64,000 nt of DNA from a virus: positions 47,557 through 111,556 of the IMG/VR virus record IMGVR_UViG_3300023174_000090; one strand, 5' to 3'. The stretch's first letter is position 1; each line of letters begins with the position of its first letter. A program made the position numbers and the translations under genes. Positions 8,082-18,177 of this stretch are shown here, piece after piece. Under the pieces are notes generated by a model that worked only from the letters and a program-made list of their open reading frames with translations, had not been told where the DNA came from and did not search any database.

Positions 8082-10646
8082 ATGGGATGGAGAAATATTT
8101 TTTATGATGGTAAAGAAGAATGCATACATTTGTGGACTTGGAATGAATTTGGAAAAAGAATTAAAGTAAAATCCAGTTACAATCCCTATTTGTATGTAGA
8201 AACTCAAAATGCGGATGACGCTACCTCTATTTTTAATACAAAACTTAAAAAACTTACATTTAAAAATCAATTTGAGAGAAGCAAGTATGTAAACGAAACG
8301 CCAATTAAGCGTTTATTTCATAATATATCCTGTGAACAGGATTTTTTATTAACTTATTATAAAGATTCCTCGAATGATCCCGATTTTGGTAATTTTCCAT
8401 TAAAAATTTATCTGTTTGACATCGAAACAGACTCTCGAGGAGCATTTCCTGTCCCAGAAAAGGCGGAAGATCCTATAAATTTGATCACCATTTATGATAC
8501 GATAGAAAAGGTATTTCACACTTGGGGATTGAAACCATATAACCCCAAAGATTCTAATGTCTATTATCATTATTGCACAAGTGAAATTCAACTTATAGAA
8601 GAATTTTTAAAATTTTGGGAGGACGATCCTCCTGATATGTTTGTGGGATGGAATTCAAATGATTTTGATATTCCATATATCATGAATAGAATAATAAATC
8701 TACTCGGAGAAGAAGATGCTCGACGATTATCACCTGTTAAAAAAATTTATTTTAGAGAGAACATAGGAGTAAACAAGTTCGGAAAACAGGTTAACAAGTG
8801 GTATATTAGAGGAATTAGCCTGATCGACTACATGGAGGTATATAAAACCTTTTCTAGAAATGAAAAAGAATCCTATTCTCTGAATTACATATCACAACAT
8901 GAATTAGGGGAAACAAAAACCAATATTGGAACTACAACACTCGCACAGCTGGCAGACAGTGATTGGGATTTATTTGTAGATTACAATATTCAAGATGTTA
9001 GACTTCTCGTTAAACTCGAAGAAACCTTAAAGTTCCTTAAATTGGTTAAAATTCTATCATATAAGGGATTTATTCCATTCGAACAATCGCTTGGAAAGGT
9101 TTCAATGATTACAGGCGCAATTTCAAATCAAGCTTCCAGAGAAAACCTTATTATTCCAACATTTAAAAATGATAATCTGGAAACAGATTATATAGGAGGG
9201 TATGTACACGATCCAGAACGAGGACTTAGCGTTGATGTTATTAGTTATGACGCAAATAGTCTATATCCCAATACAATTATTACATTAAATGTTTCTCCGG
9301 AAACAAAAATTGGAAAAGTAATTTCCAAAGAAAATTCTGAATATGTATTAAAATTAACAACTGGAAAAACAGTTTCATTAAAAGAGGAAGTTTTTAATAA
9401 ACTTTTGATAAAAGAACAATTATCCCTATCCAAACATAACATTTTATATAGTCAAAAATTTAAAGGAGTCATTCCCAAATTTATTGATACTCTATATTCA
9501 GAGCGAGTTGATGCCAAGGATAGAATGTTGGAACTTTCTAAAAAACTCCATACCTTTAAGAATAAGGAAGAAATACAAGAGCAAATTTCCGATTTGGATA
9601 CCATTCAATACACTTATAAAATTTTATTGAATTCAATTTATGGAGTTTTCGGACAGAAATACTCTCCATTTTATGATGTGGATCATGCCGCTAGTATTAC
9701 ACTAACCGGACAGGCTGTTGTTAAGCAAGCTGCTGAAATTATCTCCAAATACGCAATAGATATTGGAGTGGAGTGTACAAAAGAAGATATATATAGATAT
9801 GGCGATACGGATAGTATTTATATATCTATAAATAAAATTCTTAAAAATAATAGAATTGATTTGATTTGTGATAATAAAATTACAGATGGTGCAAAAAAAT
9901 TAATAAATGATATTGGTCAATTGTTAAACACCAATATTAAGGATTGGGCCGAGGAAGAATTGAAATCAACAGATCCTCGATTCATCTTTAAACAAGAATC
10001 TACGTGCGATGTTGCAGTTTTCATGGAAAAGAAGAGATATATTTTACATATTATCGAATCAGAAGGATTAGCTCCTAAAAATCCATTTAAATATGTGGGT
10101 GTCGAAGTTGTGCGTTCTTCGTTCTCAGAACCTACCAAGAAGCTAATTAAAGATGTTATTGAATCCGCTATTCTTTCCAAAGATAAACAACAGTCTGATA
10201 AAATTCTTAAAAACGCATACGAAAAATTTTGCAAAATGCCTATAGAAGATATTTCTTTTAGAACTAAAATTACAGACATTAAAAAACAAATTAATAAAAT
10301 TAGGGATGGAAAAATTGGCTTAGGAACTCCGGTTCACGCAAAAGGTGCTATTTATTTCAATCAAATGCTTGCACATTTGAATTTGGAAGCCAAATATGAA
10401 TCAATATCAAATGGAATAAAAATTAAATGGTTTTATCCCTCAAAAAACACATTCAACTATAATGCAATGTCCTTTATAGATGAATTTCCTACAGAATTTA
10501 CCGATTTGTTTAAAATAAATTTTGAAAAAATGTTCGATAAAAGCGTAACCCCTCCTGTTGAGAGATTATATGATTGTTTGGGGTGGCAACTTCCACAAGT
10601 TACGCAAGAAACAGTAACCGATTTGATTGACTTATTTGGAAATTAA
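8082..10646 (+). CDS. gp43: Family B DNA polymerase (T4 gp43-like)
   Basis: Exonuclease motifs FDIET, GWNSNDFDIPY, YNIQDV. Polymerase motifs DANSLYP, KILLNSIYG, YGDTDS, KKRY. Confidence 0.97.
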   Translation: MGWRNIFYDGKEECIHLWTWNEFGKRIKVKSSYNPYLYVETQNADDATSIFNTKLKKLTFKNQFERSKYVNETPIKRLFHNISCEQDFLLTYYKDSSNDPDFGNFPLKIYLFDIETDSRGAFPVPEKAEDPINLITIYDTIEKVFHTWGLKPYNPKDSNVYYHYCTSEIQLIEEFLKFWEDDPPDMFVGWNSNDFDIPYIMNRIINLLGEEDARRLSPVKKIYFRENIGVNKFGKQVNKWYIRGISLIDYMEVYKTFSRNEKESYSLNYISQHELGETKTNIGTTTLAQLADSDWDLFVDYNIQDVRLLVKLEETLKFLKLVKILSYKGFIPFEQSLGKVSMITGAISNQASRENLIIPTFKNDNLETDYIGGYVHDPERGLSVDVISYDANSLYPNTIITLNVSPETKIGKVISKENSEYVLKLTTGKTVSLKEEVFNKLLIKEQLSLSKHNILYSQKFKGVIPKFIDTLYSERVDAKDRMLELSKKLHTFKNKEEIQEQISDLDTIQYTYKILLNSIYGVFGQKYSPFYDVDHAASITLTGQAVVKQAAEIISKYAIDIGVECTKEDIYRYGDTDSIYISINKILKNNRIDLICDNKITDGAKKLINDIGQLLNTNIKDWAEEELKSTDPRFIFKQESTCDVAVFMEKKRYILHIIESEGLAPKNPFKYVGVEVVRSSFSEPTKKLIKDVIESAILSKDKQQSDKILKNAYEKFCKMPIEDISFRTKITDIKKQINKIRDGKIGLGTPVHAKGAIYFNQMLAHLNLEAKYESISNGIKIKWFYPSKNTFNYNAMSFIDEFPTEFTDLFKINFEKMFDKSVTPPVERLYDCLGWQLPQVTQETVTDLIDLFGN

Positions 10647-10661
10647 TTTAAAATATTAAAT

Positions 10662-11315
10662 ATGGAAGTAAAACTAACAAGCATAACACAACCACTAATC
10701 GAGGGTTTGGTAAGTCCGGAAGATTTGATAAGCTATACAGCAAGAGTATCAAATCCTTCGAATCAATTAAATACTGAAACTGCTCCTAAATTATTGAAAT
10801 ATTTGATACAACATAAACATTGGTCTCCATTTGAGCACGTATCATTGACATTTCAGATTGTAACTTCTAGAGCCATAGCCGCACAGATTCTTCGACATAG
10901 GAGCTTTTGTTTTCAGGAATTCAGTCAAAGATATTCAACTAATACTGAACTGGAATCATTTGATGTAAGACAACAGGCGTTAAAAAATAGACAATCTAGT
11001 TCTGAACAATTAGAACTCTCCGAAGATAATATTACGCTTCTTAAAGATTATTTGACAACAGGTGTTAAACTCTATGAAGATCTTATAGAAAAGGGAGCAG
11101 CTAAAGAGTGCGCTAGAATGTTCTTGCCACTGTGTACACAAACAACCTTATTTATGACAGGAACCCTCAGAAGTTGGATACATTACGTGGAAGTTAGAAC
11201 AGATGAAACAACACAGTTAGAACATAGAGAGATTGCCTTGGCTATTAAAGAGGGATTGATTTCTATATTTCCAAATGTTACAGAAGCCTTAGAGTGGACA
11301 GTTGACAAAAACTAA
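10662..11315 (+). CDS. thyX: Flavin-dependent thymidylate synthase
   Basis: HWSPFEH, QILRHRSFCFQEFSQRY (RHRx7S), ARMFLP, QLEHR. Confidence 0.96.
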   Translation: MEVKLTSITQPLIEGLVSPEDLISYTARVSNPSNQLNTETAPKLLKYLIQHKHWSPFEHVSLTFQIVTSRAIAAQILRHRSFCFQEFSQRYSTNTELESFDVRQQALKNRQSSSEQLELSEDNITLLKDYLTTGVKLYEDLIEKGAAKECARMFLPLCTQTTLFMTGTLRSWIHYVEVRTDETTQLEHREIALAIKEGLISIFPNVTEALEWTVDKN

Positions 11316-11339
11316 TTGTGTGTTAAATTATATACGAAT

Positions 11340-11726
11340 ATGGAAACACAAAATCTCATAACAATCCTAGACAATGTCGGCAGAACAATTTTAGGCGAAG
11401 TAAACGCAGAACTTACAAATGATAGCGTTCTAGTTATCAAAAATGCAGTTGTTTTGCATGTAAAAGAACATGATGGTGGAAGAGTATCGATTCAACTACT
11501 TCCTATCTTCTTTAGAGAATTCTTTGCAGACAAAACATCTGATTACAATATTTTCTACAAAAAGACTAATATTTCAGAAACAGATATTACAGCATATGAT
11601 TTTAGATTGTTGGGTCAATACGGTCAAATGTTTAATAAGTCCAATACGTTTGTTGCACCAACTCCACAAGCAAATCAAGGAGAAGCTCAAAATAAACCAT
11701 CTGTGATCAATTTATTTGACGAATAA
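11340..11726 (+). CDS. Hypothetical protein (replication module)
   Basis: Intact ORF. ATG at 11340 follows TTGACA(11302)-16-TAAATT, and a terminator follows the gene. Confidence 0.6.
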   Translation: METQNLITILDNVGRTILGEVNAELTNDSVLVIKNAVVLHVKEHDGGRVSIQLLPIFFREFFADKTSDYNIFYKKTNISETDITAYDFRLLGQYGQMFNKSNTFVAPTPQANQGEAQNKPSVINLFDE

Positions 11727-11748
11727 GGAAAAAAGACACAGTAAAAAC

Positions 11749-11786
11749 AAAAAATCCCGAAAGTTGTTTGACTTTTGGGATTTTTT
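11749..11786 (+). terminator. Intrinsic terminator hairpin overlapping the uvsX promoter
   Basis: AAAAAATCCCGAAAG...CTTTTGGGATTTTTT inverted repeat with T tract. TTGACT(11768)-17-TATTAT(11791) overlaps it. Confidence 0.7.
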
Positions 11787-11808
11787 ATTGTATTATTAAA
11801 TTCTAATT

Positions 11809-12900
11809 ATGGCTAAGAAAAAAACAGAAGACGAACAACTAAAATCCGGTGATATTTCAGATGCTTTTAAAATTTTGGATGATTTAAATCCAGATGCACA
11901 GTTTTTGGACGAAAACACATTATCCACGGTAAATGAATGGGTAGACACGGGATCGATGGCATTGAATGCTATTATTTCCGGATCTTTATATGGCGGAATC
12001 CCCATGGGAAGAATTATCGGCTTCGCAGGACCAACTTCTTGCGGAAAAACCTTAATGGTAAATAAAATTATGGCAAATGCACAAAAAAAGGGAATGCATG
12101 TTGTCTATTTTGACACTGAAAATGCACTTGATAAAGATACCGCACAATCTTTAGGATGTGATCCATCAAAAATCAAACACTGTCCGATAGAAATCATCGA
12201 AGAATGTAGAAATCAAATTGTTAAATTTTTAAAATCTGTTGTAGATAATGGATTGCAGGGTAAAATTCTACTTGCAATTGATTCTTTGGGCAACCTGATC
12301 TCTTCAAGAGAAGCCAAAATAATCGAGGATGGAAAGGATTCTGCCGACATGGGAGCAAGAGCAGTCAGCTTAAAAAGCATGCTTAGGGCAATCACCCACG
12401 CAGCCGCAAAAGCAAACTGTCCTGTAATTTTTACCAATCACACTTATGATAATCCCGGAGCATTGTATCCAACGCTTGTTAAAAGCCAATCTGGAGGCTC
12501 TGGACCGCTCTATATGTCGTCTGTACTCGTTCAGATGGCAACAAAGCAGGAGAGAGTTGGTAAATCGGATAACAAAAACGCATCCGATGAAACAACACCA
12601 CTTTCTAAAGACGTAAATGGACTTACAATGCGAGCACTCACAACAAAAAATCGATTCGTACCACCATTTTTGGAAGTCGAAATGTATTTAAATTTCAGAA
12701 CCGGACTTTCTAAATATTCTGGACTCTTGGAAATGGCAGAAGGATATGGAGTAATTTCAAAACAAGGACATCGCTATGTTTTAGGTGAAGAGGTTTTGGG
12801 ATTTTACAAAGATTTCAAAGATAATAACGAAATTTGGGCTAGAATTCTACCTCTATTGGAAGAAAAATTAAAATCTGAGCTTAAATTTAAAAAAGAATAA
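11809..12900 (+). CDS. uvsX: RecA-like recombinase UvsX
   Basis: DTGSMALN, Walker A GPTSCGKT, FDTENA, IDSLGNL, DMGARA, TNHTY, KNRF. Confidence 0.95.
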   Translation: MAKKKTEDEQLKSGDISDAFKILDDLNPDAQFLDENTLSTVNEWVDTGSMALNAIISGSLYGGIPMGRIIGFAGPTSCGKTLMVNKIMANAQKKGMHVVYFDTENALDKDTAQSLGCDPSKIKHCPIEIIEECRNQIVKFLKSVVDNGLQGKILLAIDSLGNLISSREAKIIEDGKDSADMGARAVSLKSMLRAITHAAAKANCPVIFTNHTYDNPGALYPTLVKSQSGGSGPLYMSSVLVQMATKQERVGKSDNKNASDETTPLSKDVNGLTMRALTTKNRFVPPFLEVEMYLNFRTGLSKYSGLLEMAEGYGVISKQGHRYVLGEEVLGFYKDFKDNNEIWARILPLLEEKLKSELKFKKE

Positions 12901-12942
12901 AAAAGTATTGATCTATTCTTCTGGACCATGTATAGTCCTTAT

Positions 12943-14325
12943 ATGAATAATACAATATCTATGGATTTTGATCTCTTTGAGAGAGTCTTAATATACAACT
13001 CTCTCATTGATCAAAACTATTTAGAAACTATTGTAGAACATATCAAGCCTTCATATTTCAAAAATAAAGAAATACGAACTGTTGTCGAGTGTTTATTAAA
13101 ATTTTACCATAATTTTGGTAAAATTCCTAATAATACTGAGTTAAAAACTCATATGACCGTCGATGAAGAGCGACAAGCACTTAAATCAGTAGCATTGGGG
13201 TTCAATCAAATTGATAAAACATATGATAAGGAAGTTTTATTAAAAAATACTGAAAGATTTATTAGGGAAAAGGCGGTTTTAAATACCGTTGTCAAAACAT
13301 CCGTTGATGTAAACTCCGGAACATTCAATACTGCTCAGATTTTGGCAGATTTTGAAAAGGCTTGTAATATTTCTTTGGTTGAAAGTTTGGGATTGGATTA
13401 TTTCAATTCTATCGATAAACATTGCGATGACCTTTTAAAGGTTTCTAAGACTCTTTCAACTGGATGGAAGTGGTTGGATGATAAAATTGGAGGAGGTTTT
13501 CTAGCAGAGGGCAAGGCTCTTTATGTTTTTTATGGAGTTACCAATGTAGGCAAATCCATATTTTTAGGAAACGTTGCATCCAATATTTTAAACCAAGACA
13601 AAACGGTGCTTCTAATCTCATTGGAGATGTCTGAGCAGGTATATGCTACTCGAATGAGTTCAAACTTGTCACAAATTGCAATGGCAGATTTGTCTACTAA
13701 TATTAACCCCCTCAAAAAAGAGTTGGGAATATATAAAACAAATCATAAAAATTCTAAATTAATTATTAAAGAATTTCCCCCACAATCAATCACGCCAAAT
13801 CAGATTAAAGTATATATTGAAAGATTGGTTAGAAAGGGAATATCTCCAGATGTTATAGTGATTGACTATTTAAATCTAATTGCGGCTCCTGAAAGGGGAA
13901 AGAATTCATATGAATCTATTAAAGCAGTCACAGAACAAATTAGAGCATTGTCATATCATTTTAATTGTCCAGTAGTCAGCGCAACTCAAACAAACAGAAG
14001 TGCGTATGGAGAAGCTAACCCCGGACTGGAAACAATGAGCGAATCTATGGGATTGGCGCATACAGCAGATGCACAATTTTCAATCTGGAGCGAGGAGGGC
14101 GACATTGAATTAGGACAAATACATCTGGGAGTGAATAAAAATAGATTTGGTCCTATTGGAGCACATACTACCTTGGAAATTGACTACCCAACATTAACCC
14201 TTCGAGATTCTAGCAACGCTACAGTCGAATTGACGAATAAATTAAACAATAAAATATCATCCTCTATAACTTCTTCTAGTCTATCCGATACGTTTGATCT
14301 AATAGAGGGGTTGGATATTGATTGA
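12943..14325 (+). CDS. gp41: Replicative DnaB-like helicase (T4 gp41-like)
   Basis: TNVGKS, ISLEMSE, IKEFP, VIDYLNL, SATQTNR, SES, KNRFG. Start placed at 12943, after TTGATC-17-TATAGT. Confidence 0.95.
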   Translation: MNNTISMDFDLFERVLIYNSLIDQNYLETIVEHIKPSYFKNKEIRTVVECLLKFYHNFGKIPNNTELKTHMTVDEERQALKSVALGFNQIDKTYDKEVLLKNTERFIREKAVLNTVVKTSVDVNSGTFNTAQILADFEKACNISLVESLGLDYFNSIDKHCDDLLKVSKTLSTGWKWLDDKIGGGFLAEGKALYVFYGVTNVGKSIFLGNVASNILNQDKTVLLISLEMSEQVYATRMSSNLSQIAMADLSTNINPLKKELGIYKTNHKNSKLIIKEFPPQSITPNQIKVYIERLVRKGISPDVIVIDYLNLIAAPERGKNSYESIKAVTEQIRALSYHFNCPVVSATQTNRSAYGEANPGLETMSESMGLAHTADAQFSIWSEEGDIELGQIHLGVNKNRFGPIGAHTTLEIDYPTLTLRDSSNATVELTNKLNNKISSSITSSSLSDTFDLIEGLDID

Positions 14326-14369
14326 TTTTTAAGTTATTACAAATAAATATGCTTTTATATAGTATATTT

Positions 14370-14672
14370 ATGATAATAACTTCAACTCAACAAATAGAGG
14401 AAATGATAAATCCTTCAAATGCATTAGATATGACAGAATTTGAAGATACAACTTTAAAACTTGGTTCTTTTGTATGCATTGCAAAGAAAAAAAAGTTTAA
14501 TTTTTTAAATTTTTTAAAATTAATACTAGAAGATGAAAAAACACAAAAAATATATTTTAATTTATTGGGAGAAACCAATATTCAACTTATTATTAGAGCA
14601 TATTTAAATAGTACGCCAAACGTATATAAAAAGATTTTTAGATCAAAATTTAACCATAAAAATAAAAATTGA
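14370..14672 (+). CDS. Hypothetical protein
   Basis: Intact ORF tightly packed in the operon; start uncertain (14322, 14349 or 14370). Confidence 0.5.
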   Translation: MIITSTQQIEEMINPSNALDMTEFEDTTLKLGSFVCIAKKKKFNFLNFLKLILEDEKTQKIYFNLLGETNIQLIIRAYLNSTPNVYKKIFRSKFNHKNKN

Positions 14673-15328
14673 ATACAAAATTAACTGAAACAGAAAAAAA
14701 AATTTACAATACACATTTGAAATATTCCAGAAATGGACAGGCATACACGCCTAGAAAAGATTTCTCCGGTCTGGATGCTTCTACTATACTGTTTTTAAAA
14801 AAAATAAATATATTCTTCGGGAAATTTGAACATATTTCTTGCGAAGATTACTTTAAAGCCCCTCTATTGCTTCATCCGGATGAAAAATATCCACATTTGG
14901 GATATTTTATAACAAGACCCGCAATTAAAACATACTCATTGGCAATGAAAAAGCTTGAAGATGAGTCGCCTGAAAATCAAATAGAAAAAATAAAAGAAAG
15001 TATTAGATTTATAACAATGTTCTGCCTTCAAAATAGGATCAATATAGATCAGTATTTGGATCATAGAACATTCAACATGCCCACTTGGATGCAACACTAC
15101 AGAGAACATACCGTAAATCCATATGCACTGATAGGAGTTGGAAGTTTAGATAGATTTTTAATGCTACAAGAAGATGAGAAGGCATTATGGGCTGGAAATT
15201 TTTTTGAAAAATATGATACTTTTCGTATAAGGTTTTACAATTCAAAGAAAACAAAAGAACTTGTAACTGAAGCCTACTCCCGAATGAAAATTTTTTTAAA
15301 AAAAGAGTTGCAATTTAAAACTACTTGA
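14669..15328 (+). CDS. Hypothetical protein, possibly a gp59-like helicase loader
   Basis: About 220 aa, basic, immediately upstream of gp32 as T4 gene 59 is. The function is inferred from position only. Confidence 0.35.
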   Translation: MNTKLTETEKKIYNTHLKYSRNGQAYTPRKDFSGLDASTILFLKKINIFFGKFEHISCEDYFKAPLLLHPDEKYPHLGYFITRPAIKTYSLAMKKLEDESPENQIEKIKESIRFITMFCLQNRINIDQYLDHRTFNMPTWMQHYREHTVNPYALIGVGSLDRFLMLQEDEKALWAGNFFEKYDTFRIRFYNSKKTKELVTEAYSRMKIFLKKELQFKTT

Positions 15329-15356
15329 TGTAATATTATAGCCTAATCTAACAAAT

Positions 15357-16205
15357 ATGAAATATTCAAACAATCTATTCGAATCTATTAAAGATGCGTT
15401 CAACAAAAAAACAAATGGAGAAAATGCAGCTTATAAGGATTTTTTGAAGCTTGAAGCAGGAAATACCTATGTGGTTCGCCTTGTTCCAAACATCAAGAAC
15501 CCTGATAGAACTATTTTCCATTATTTTCACCACATTTGGAAGAGCATTCATAATGGACAATACGTTTCCGTATTGTGTCCTAACACTTACGGGGAAAGCT
15601 GCCCGATTGATGAGTATCGTTCCAAAATCTACGCAACCAAAAACGAATCTTTGATTGAAAAGACAAAGCCCCTGAAGAGAAACGAGAATTGGCTTTGCAA
15701 TGCTTACGTCATCAAAGACCCCACAAACCCTGAAAACCAAGGAGCACTGAAGGTTCTGCGCTTTGGAAAACAACTTTTCGAAGTTATCTCCTCTGCAATT
15801 AGCGGCGACGATTCTGAAGAGTTTGGTGCAAAGATTTTTGACCTCTCTGAAAACGGTTGCAGCCTTAGAATCAAGGTAGAAACCAATGAAGGCGGTTATC
15901 CTAAGTACACCGCATCTCGATTTATGACTCCGTGCGCTGTTGAGGGATTGGAGAACTTGGAAGAAGTGTACGAGGCGGCAAAAGAACTTGACGCCGTTTT
16001 CGAGAGCAAGTCGAAAAAGGAAATCCAAGATCTTCTTAACCTGCATTTCTTGGGCAAAGATCGAGAAGAAGAAAAGAACACTGTAGTTGAGAAGGAAGAG
16101 GAAATCGATGTTCCGATTACATCTCAAACAGAGACATATATCGAGCGAGATGCCACTATTTCAGATAGTGACGATAAAATTCAAGATATTTTGAAGGATC
16201 TGTAA
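15357..16205 (+). CDS. gp32: Single-stranded DNA-binding protein (gp32-like)
   Basis: VRLVP, CPNTYGESCPIDE, NAYVIKDPTNPENQG, FGKQL, YPKY and an acidic tail. Preceded by TTGCAA-17-TAATAT. Confidence 0.9.
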   Translation: MKYSNNLFESIKDAFNKKTNGENAAYKDFLKLEAGNTYVVRLVPNIKNPDRTIFHYFHHIWKSIHNGQYVSVLCPNTYGESCPIDEYRSKIYATKNESLIEKTKPLKRNENWLCNAYVIKDPTNPENQGALKVLRFGKQLFEVISSAISGDDSEEFGAKIFDLSENGCSLRIKVETNEGGYPKYTASRFMTPCAVEGLENLEEVYEAAKELDAVFESKSKKEIQDLLNLHFLGKDREEEKNTVVEKEEEIDVPITSQTETYIERDATISDSDDKIQDILKDL

Positions 16206-16209
16206 TTAA

Positions 16210-16692
16210 ATGAATAAAGAAGACGCATATGAAGCAGCACTGTTGGCGAAAATGGTCGGTTCACACCTTATGGGTGTGGATCGACTAACTTCAGAGAGAA
16301 CCAGTAATCCTGCAAATAAAATTAATATAGAAAATTTTATCGCTCCTCTCATTGGGAAACAATCACAACCTTCTAATTTTATTGACCCTAATAGTGTATC
16401 TCCTGATATGCTGAAGGCATATGAAAATGTAAACCAGATTGCACTTCAAACTATTCCAGACCCTATTCAAAATTTTACAAGTGCTCCTGCAAATTTTGAA
16501 ATTCCAAAAATTGAAAACATTTCAAATCAAAATATGGGTTCAAATGTTAAAATTTCTTCAAAAAATAAAGAAAATACTAAGGAATTTTTTGTAGATAAAA
16601 AAGATATAACACAGATGAAAACTTCATTAAAAAATATTGAAAAAATTCTTTCCAATATGTATAATTTAATGAAAACCAATGCTGATGTATAA
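16210..16692 (+). CDS. Hypothetical protein
   Basis: Intact ORF between gp32 and the clamp. Confidence 0.55.
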   Translation: MNKEDAYEAALLAKMVGSHLMGVDRLTSERTSNPANKINIENFIAPLIGKQSQPSNFIDPNSVSPDMLKAYENVNQIALQTIPDPIQNFTSAPANFEIPKIENISNQNMGSNVKISSKNKENTKEFFVDKKDITQMKTSLKNIEKILSNMYNLMKTNADV

Positions 16693-17434
16693 ATCTTTAA
16701 AAATTTCTAAAAACAACTTAGAACGGATATTAAAACCTGTCAATAAAATGGCAGAATCTTGTGTCCTTAAAACAGATTCTAGTGGAATCTTTACGATATG
16801 TTCTTCTGCTGATAATACTGTCATTCTATATGCACGAATGAAAGTTGATAGCATTGATACCCAAGAAAGAATCAATGTTATCAATATAAAACGACTGCTT
16901 ACAGGACTTCAGTGTTTGGATGATGATAATTTTTTATTGGAAAAATGTGAAAACAATATTAAATGTTCCTCCGAAAGCAGCGATGGAGATAAAACACATT
17001 TTAAATATCATTTGGTCGATGATTCTGTAATCAGAGAATCTGTTTTTAATATTAAAAAAATTGCAAGTTTAGATTTTGATTCTGAATTTGTAATACCCGC
17101 TAATAAAATTAGACAAATTATGTCTGGATATGCATTTACTTCTGATACTCAAAAAATATACTTTTATTCCAACGAACAACAGGAAGTTTTTGCGGATATT
17201 AATGATGCAACTAATCAAAACATAGACAACATAACTTTTAAAGTTAGCGCGGATTTGAAGGGCAATCATATTAAAGATGCCACTCCAATTAATATAGAAA
17301 TTTTCAAGAATTTAGCAGGGTGTAGGAATGATATAAAAGTAAAAATAAACAACCAATTCAAAGTATTTGTTTTTCAAAATAACGACGATGATAATGTTGA
17401 ACTTAAATATATCGTATCTGCTCTTGTAAAATAA
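16679..17434 (+). CDS. gp45: Sliding clamp (gp45/PCNA-like)
   Basis: About 250 aa with a two-repeat alpha/beta pattern, C-terminal LKYIVSAL as in clamps, and replication context. Confidence 0.65.
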   Translation: MLMYKSLKISKNNLERILKPVNKMAESCVLKTDSSGIFTICSSADNTVILYARMKVDSIDTQERINVINIKRLLTGLQCLDDDNFLLEKCENNIKCSSESSDGDKTHFKYHLVDDSVIRESVFNIKKIASLDFDSEFVIPANKIRQIMSGYAFTSDTQKIYFYSNEQQEVFADINDATNQNIDNITFKVSADLKGNHIKDATPINIEIFKNLAGCRNDIKVKINNQFKVFVFQNNDDDNVELKYIVSALVK

Positions 17435-17462
17435 AAAAAACCAATAAATAAAAATAAAATAT

Positions 17463-17786
17463 ATGTCAAAAAATAAAGTAACAACCTGTAGCTACTTCAT
17501 TAAACGTCTTCGTGATAGTGGATATGTAGCAGATAAACTATTCAGCGATTATTCACACGCAGATCCTAGAAGCTGGACCGCAATTATCGATCCCTTGTAT
17601 TCTTCTATTTTTGTAACCTGTTACAATAATCACAATGATTTGGGTGAAGAGTATTTTGAAATTTATGATGGAGGACAGTATATTCCCGATGGATTCAAAA
17701 TAAAAACAAGTTCAATCGAGGTAATTGTTGAGTATCTTGTAAAATTCAATATTAATCACAAAGCCTCAACATATGTCGGAGCCTAA
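17463..17786 (+). CDS. Hypothetical protein
   Basis: Intact ORF with TAAATA upstream. Confidence 0.55.
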   Translation: MSKNKVTTCSYFIKRLRDSGYVADKLFSDYSHADPRSWTAIIDPLYSSIFVTCYNNHNDLGEEYFEIYDGGQYIPDGFKIKTSSIEVIVEYLVKFNINHKASTYVGA

Positions 17787-18177
17787 GAAAAGAACAAGAA
17801 AGAAGAAAGAGAAGGAGCTTATAGTTCCTTCTCTTTCTTGCGTACCAGTAAATCAACACGCATTGGATGATGTTAGGAAAGTTGTTTTTGATTCTATTAA
17901 TAATTCTGAATTGCAAAAGGCATTGGATAATTTCCTTAAAAAAGGAATTCGAGAAAACAATATAGTTGTAAGGGATTTGACAATACTCAAAAATGCTATT
18001 ACAGAGTATTTAAATTCTTTTATTCTTCTGGGGTATAATTTGGAAGATCAGAGAGTCATAATTCAACATTTCGGAAACGCAAAAGATCGAGATGCTATTA
18101 TGGAATTTTTGAAAACAGTTTTTATAAAACAGCAGCAAGAGAATTTTTTAGATTTTGAAGGAGAAGATTATGAGTAG
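17773..18177 (+). CDS. Hypothetical protein
   Basis: Intact ORF with a basic N-terminus, overlapping its neighbours. Confidence 0.55.
   Translation: MSEPKKRTRKKKEKELIVPSLSCVPVNQHALDDVRKVVFDSINNSELQKALDNFLKKGIRENNIVVRDLTILKNAITEYLNSFILLGYNLEDQRVIIQHFGNAKDRDAIMEFLKTVFIKQQQENFLDFEGEDYE

Noticed and set aside
15375-16127. 250-aa antisense ORF over gp32
   Set aside because: It mirrors a highly expressed gene whose codon bias removes antisense stops; it has no motif or promoter.
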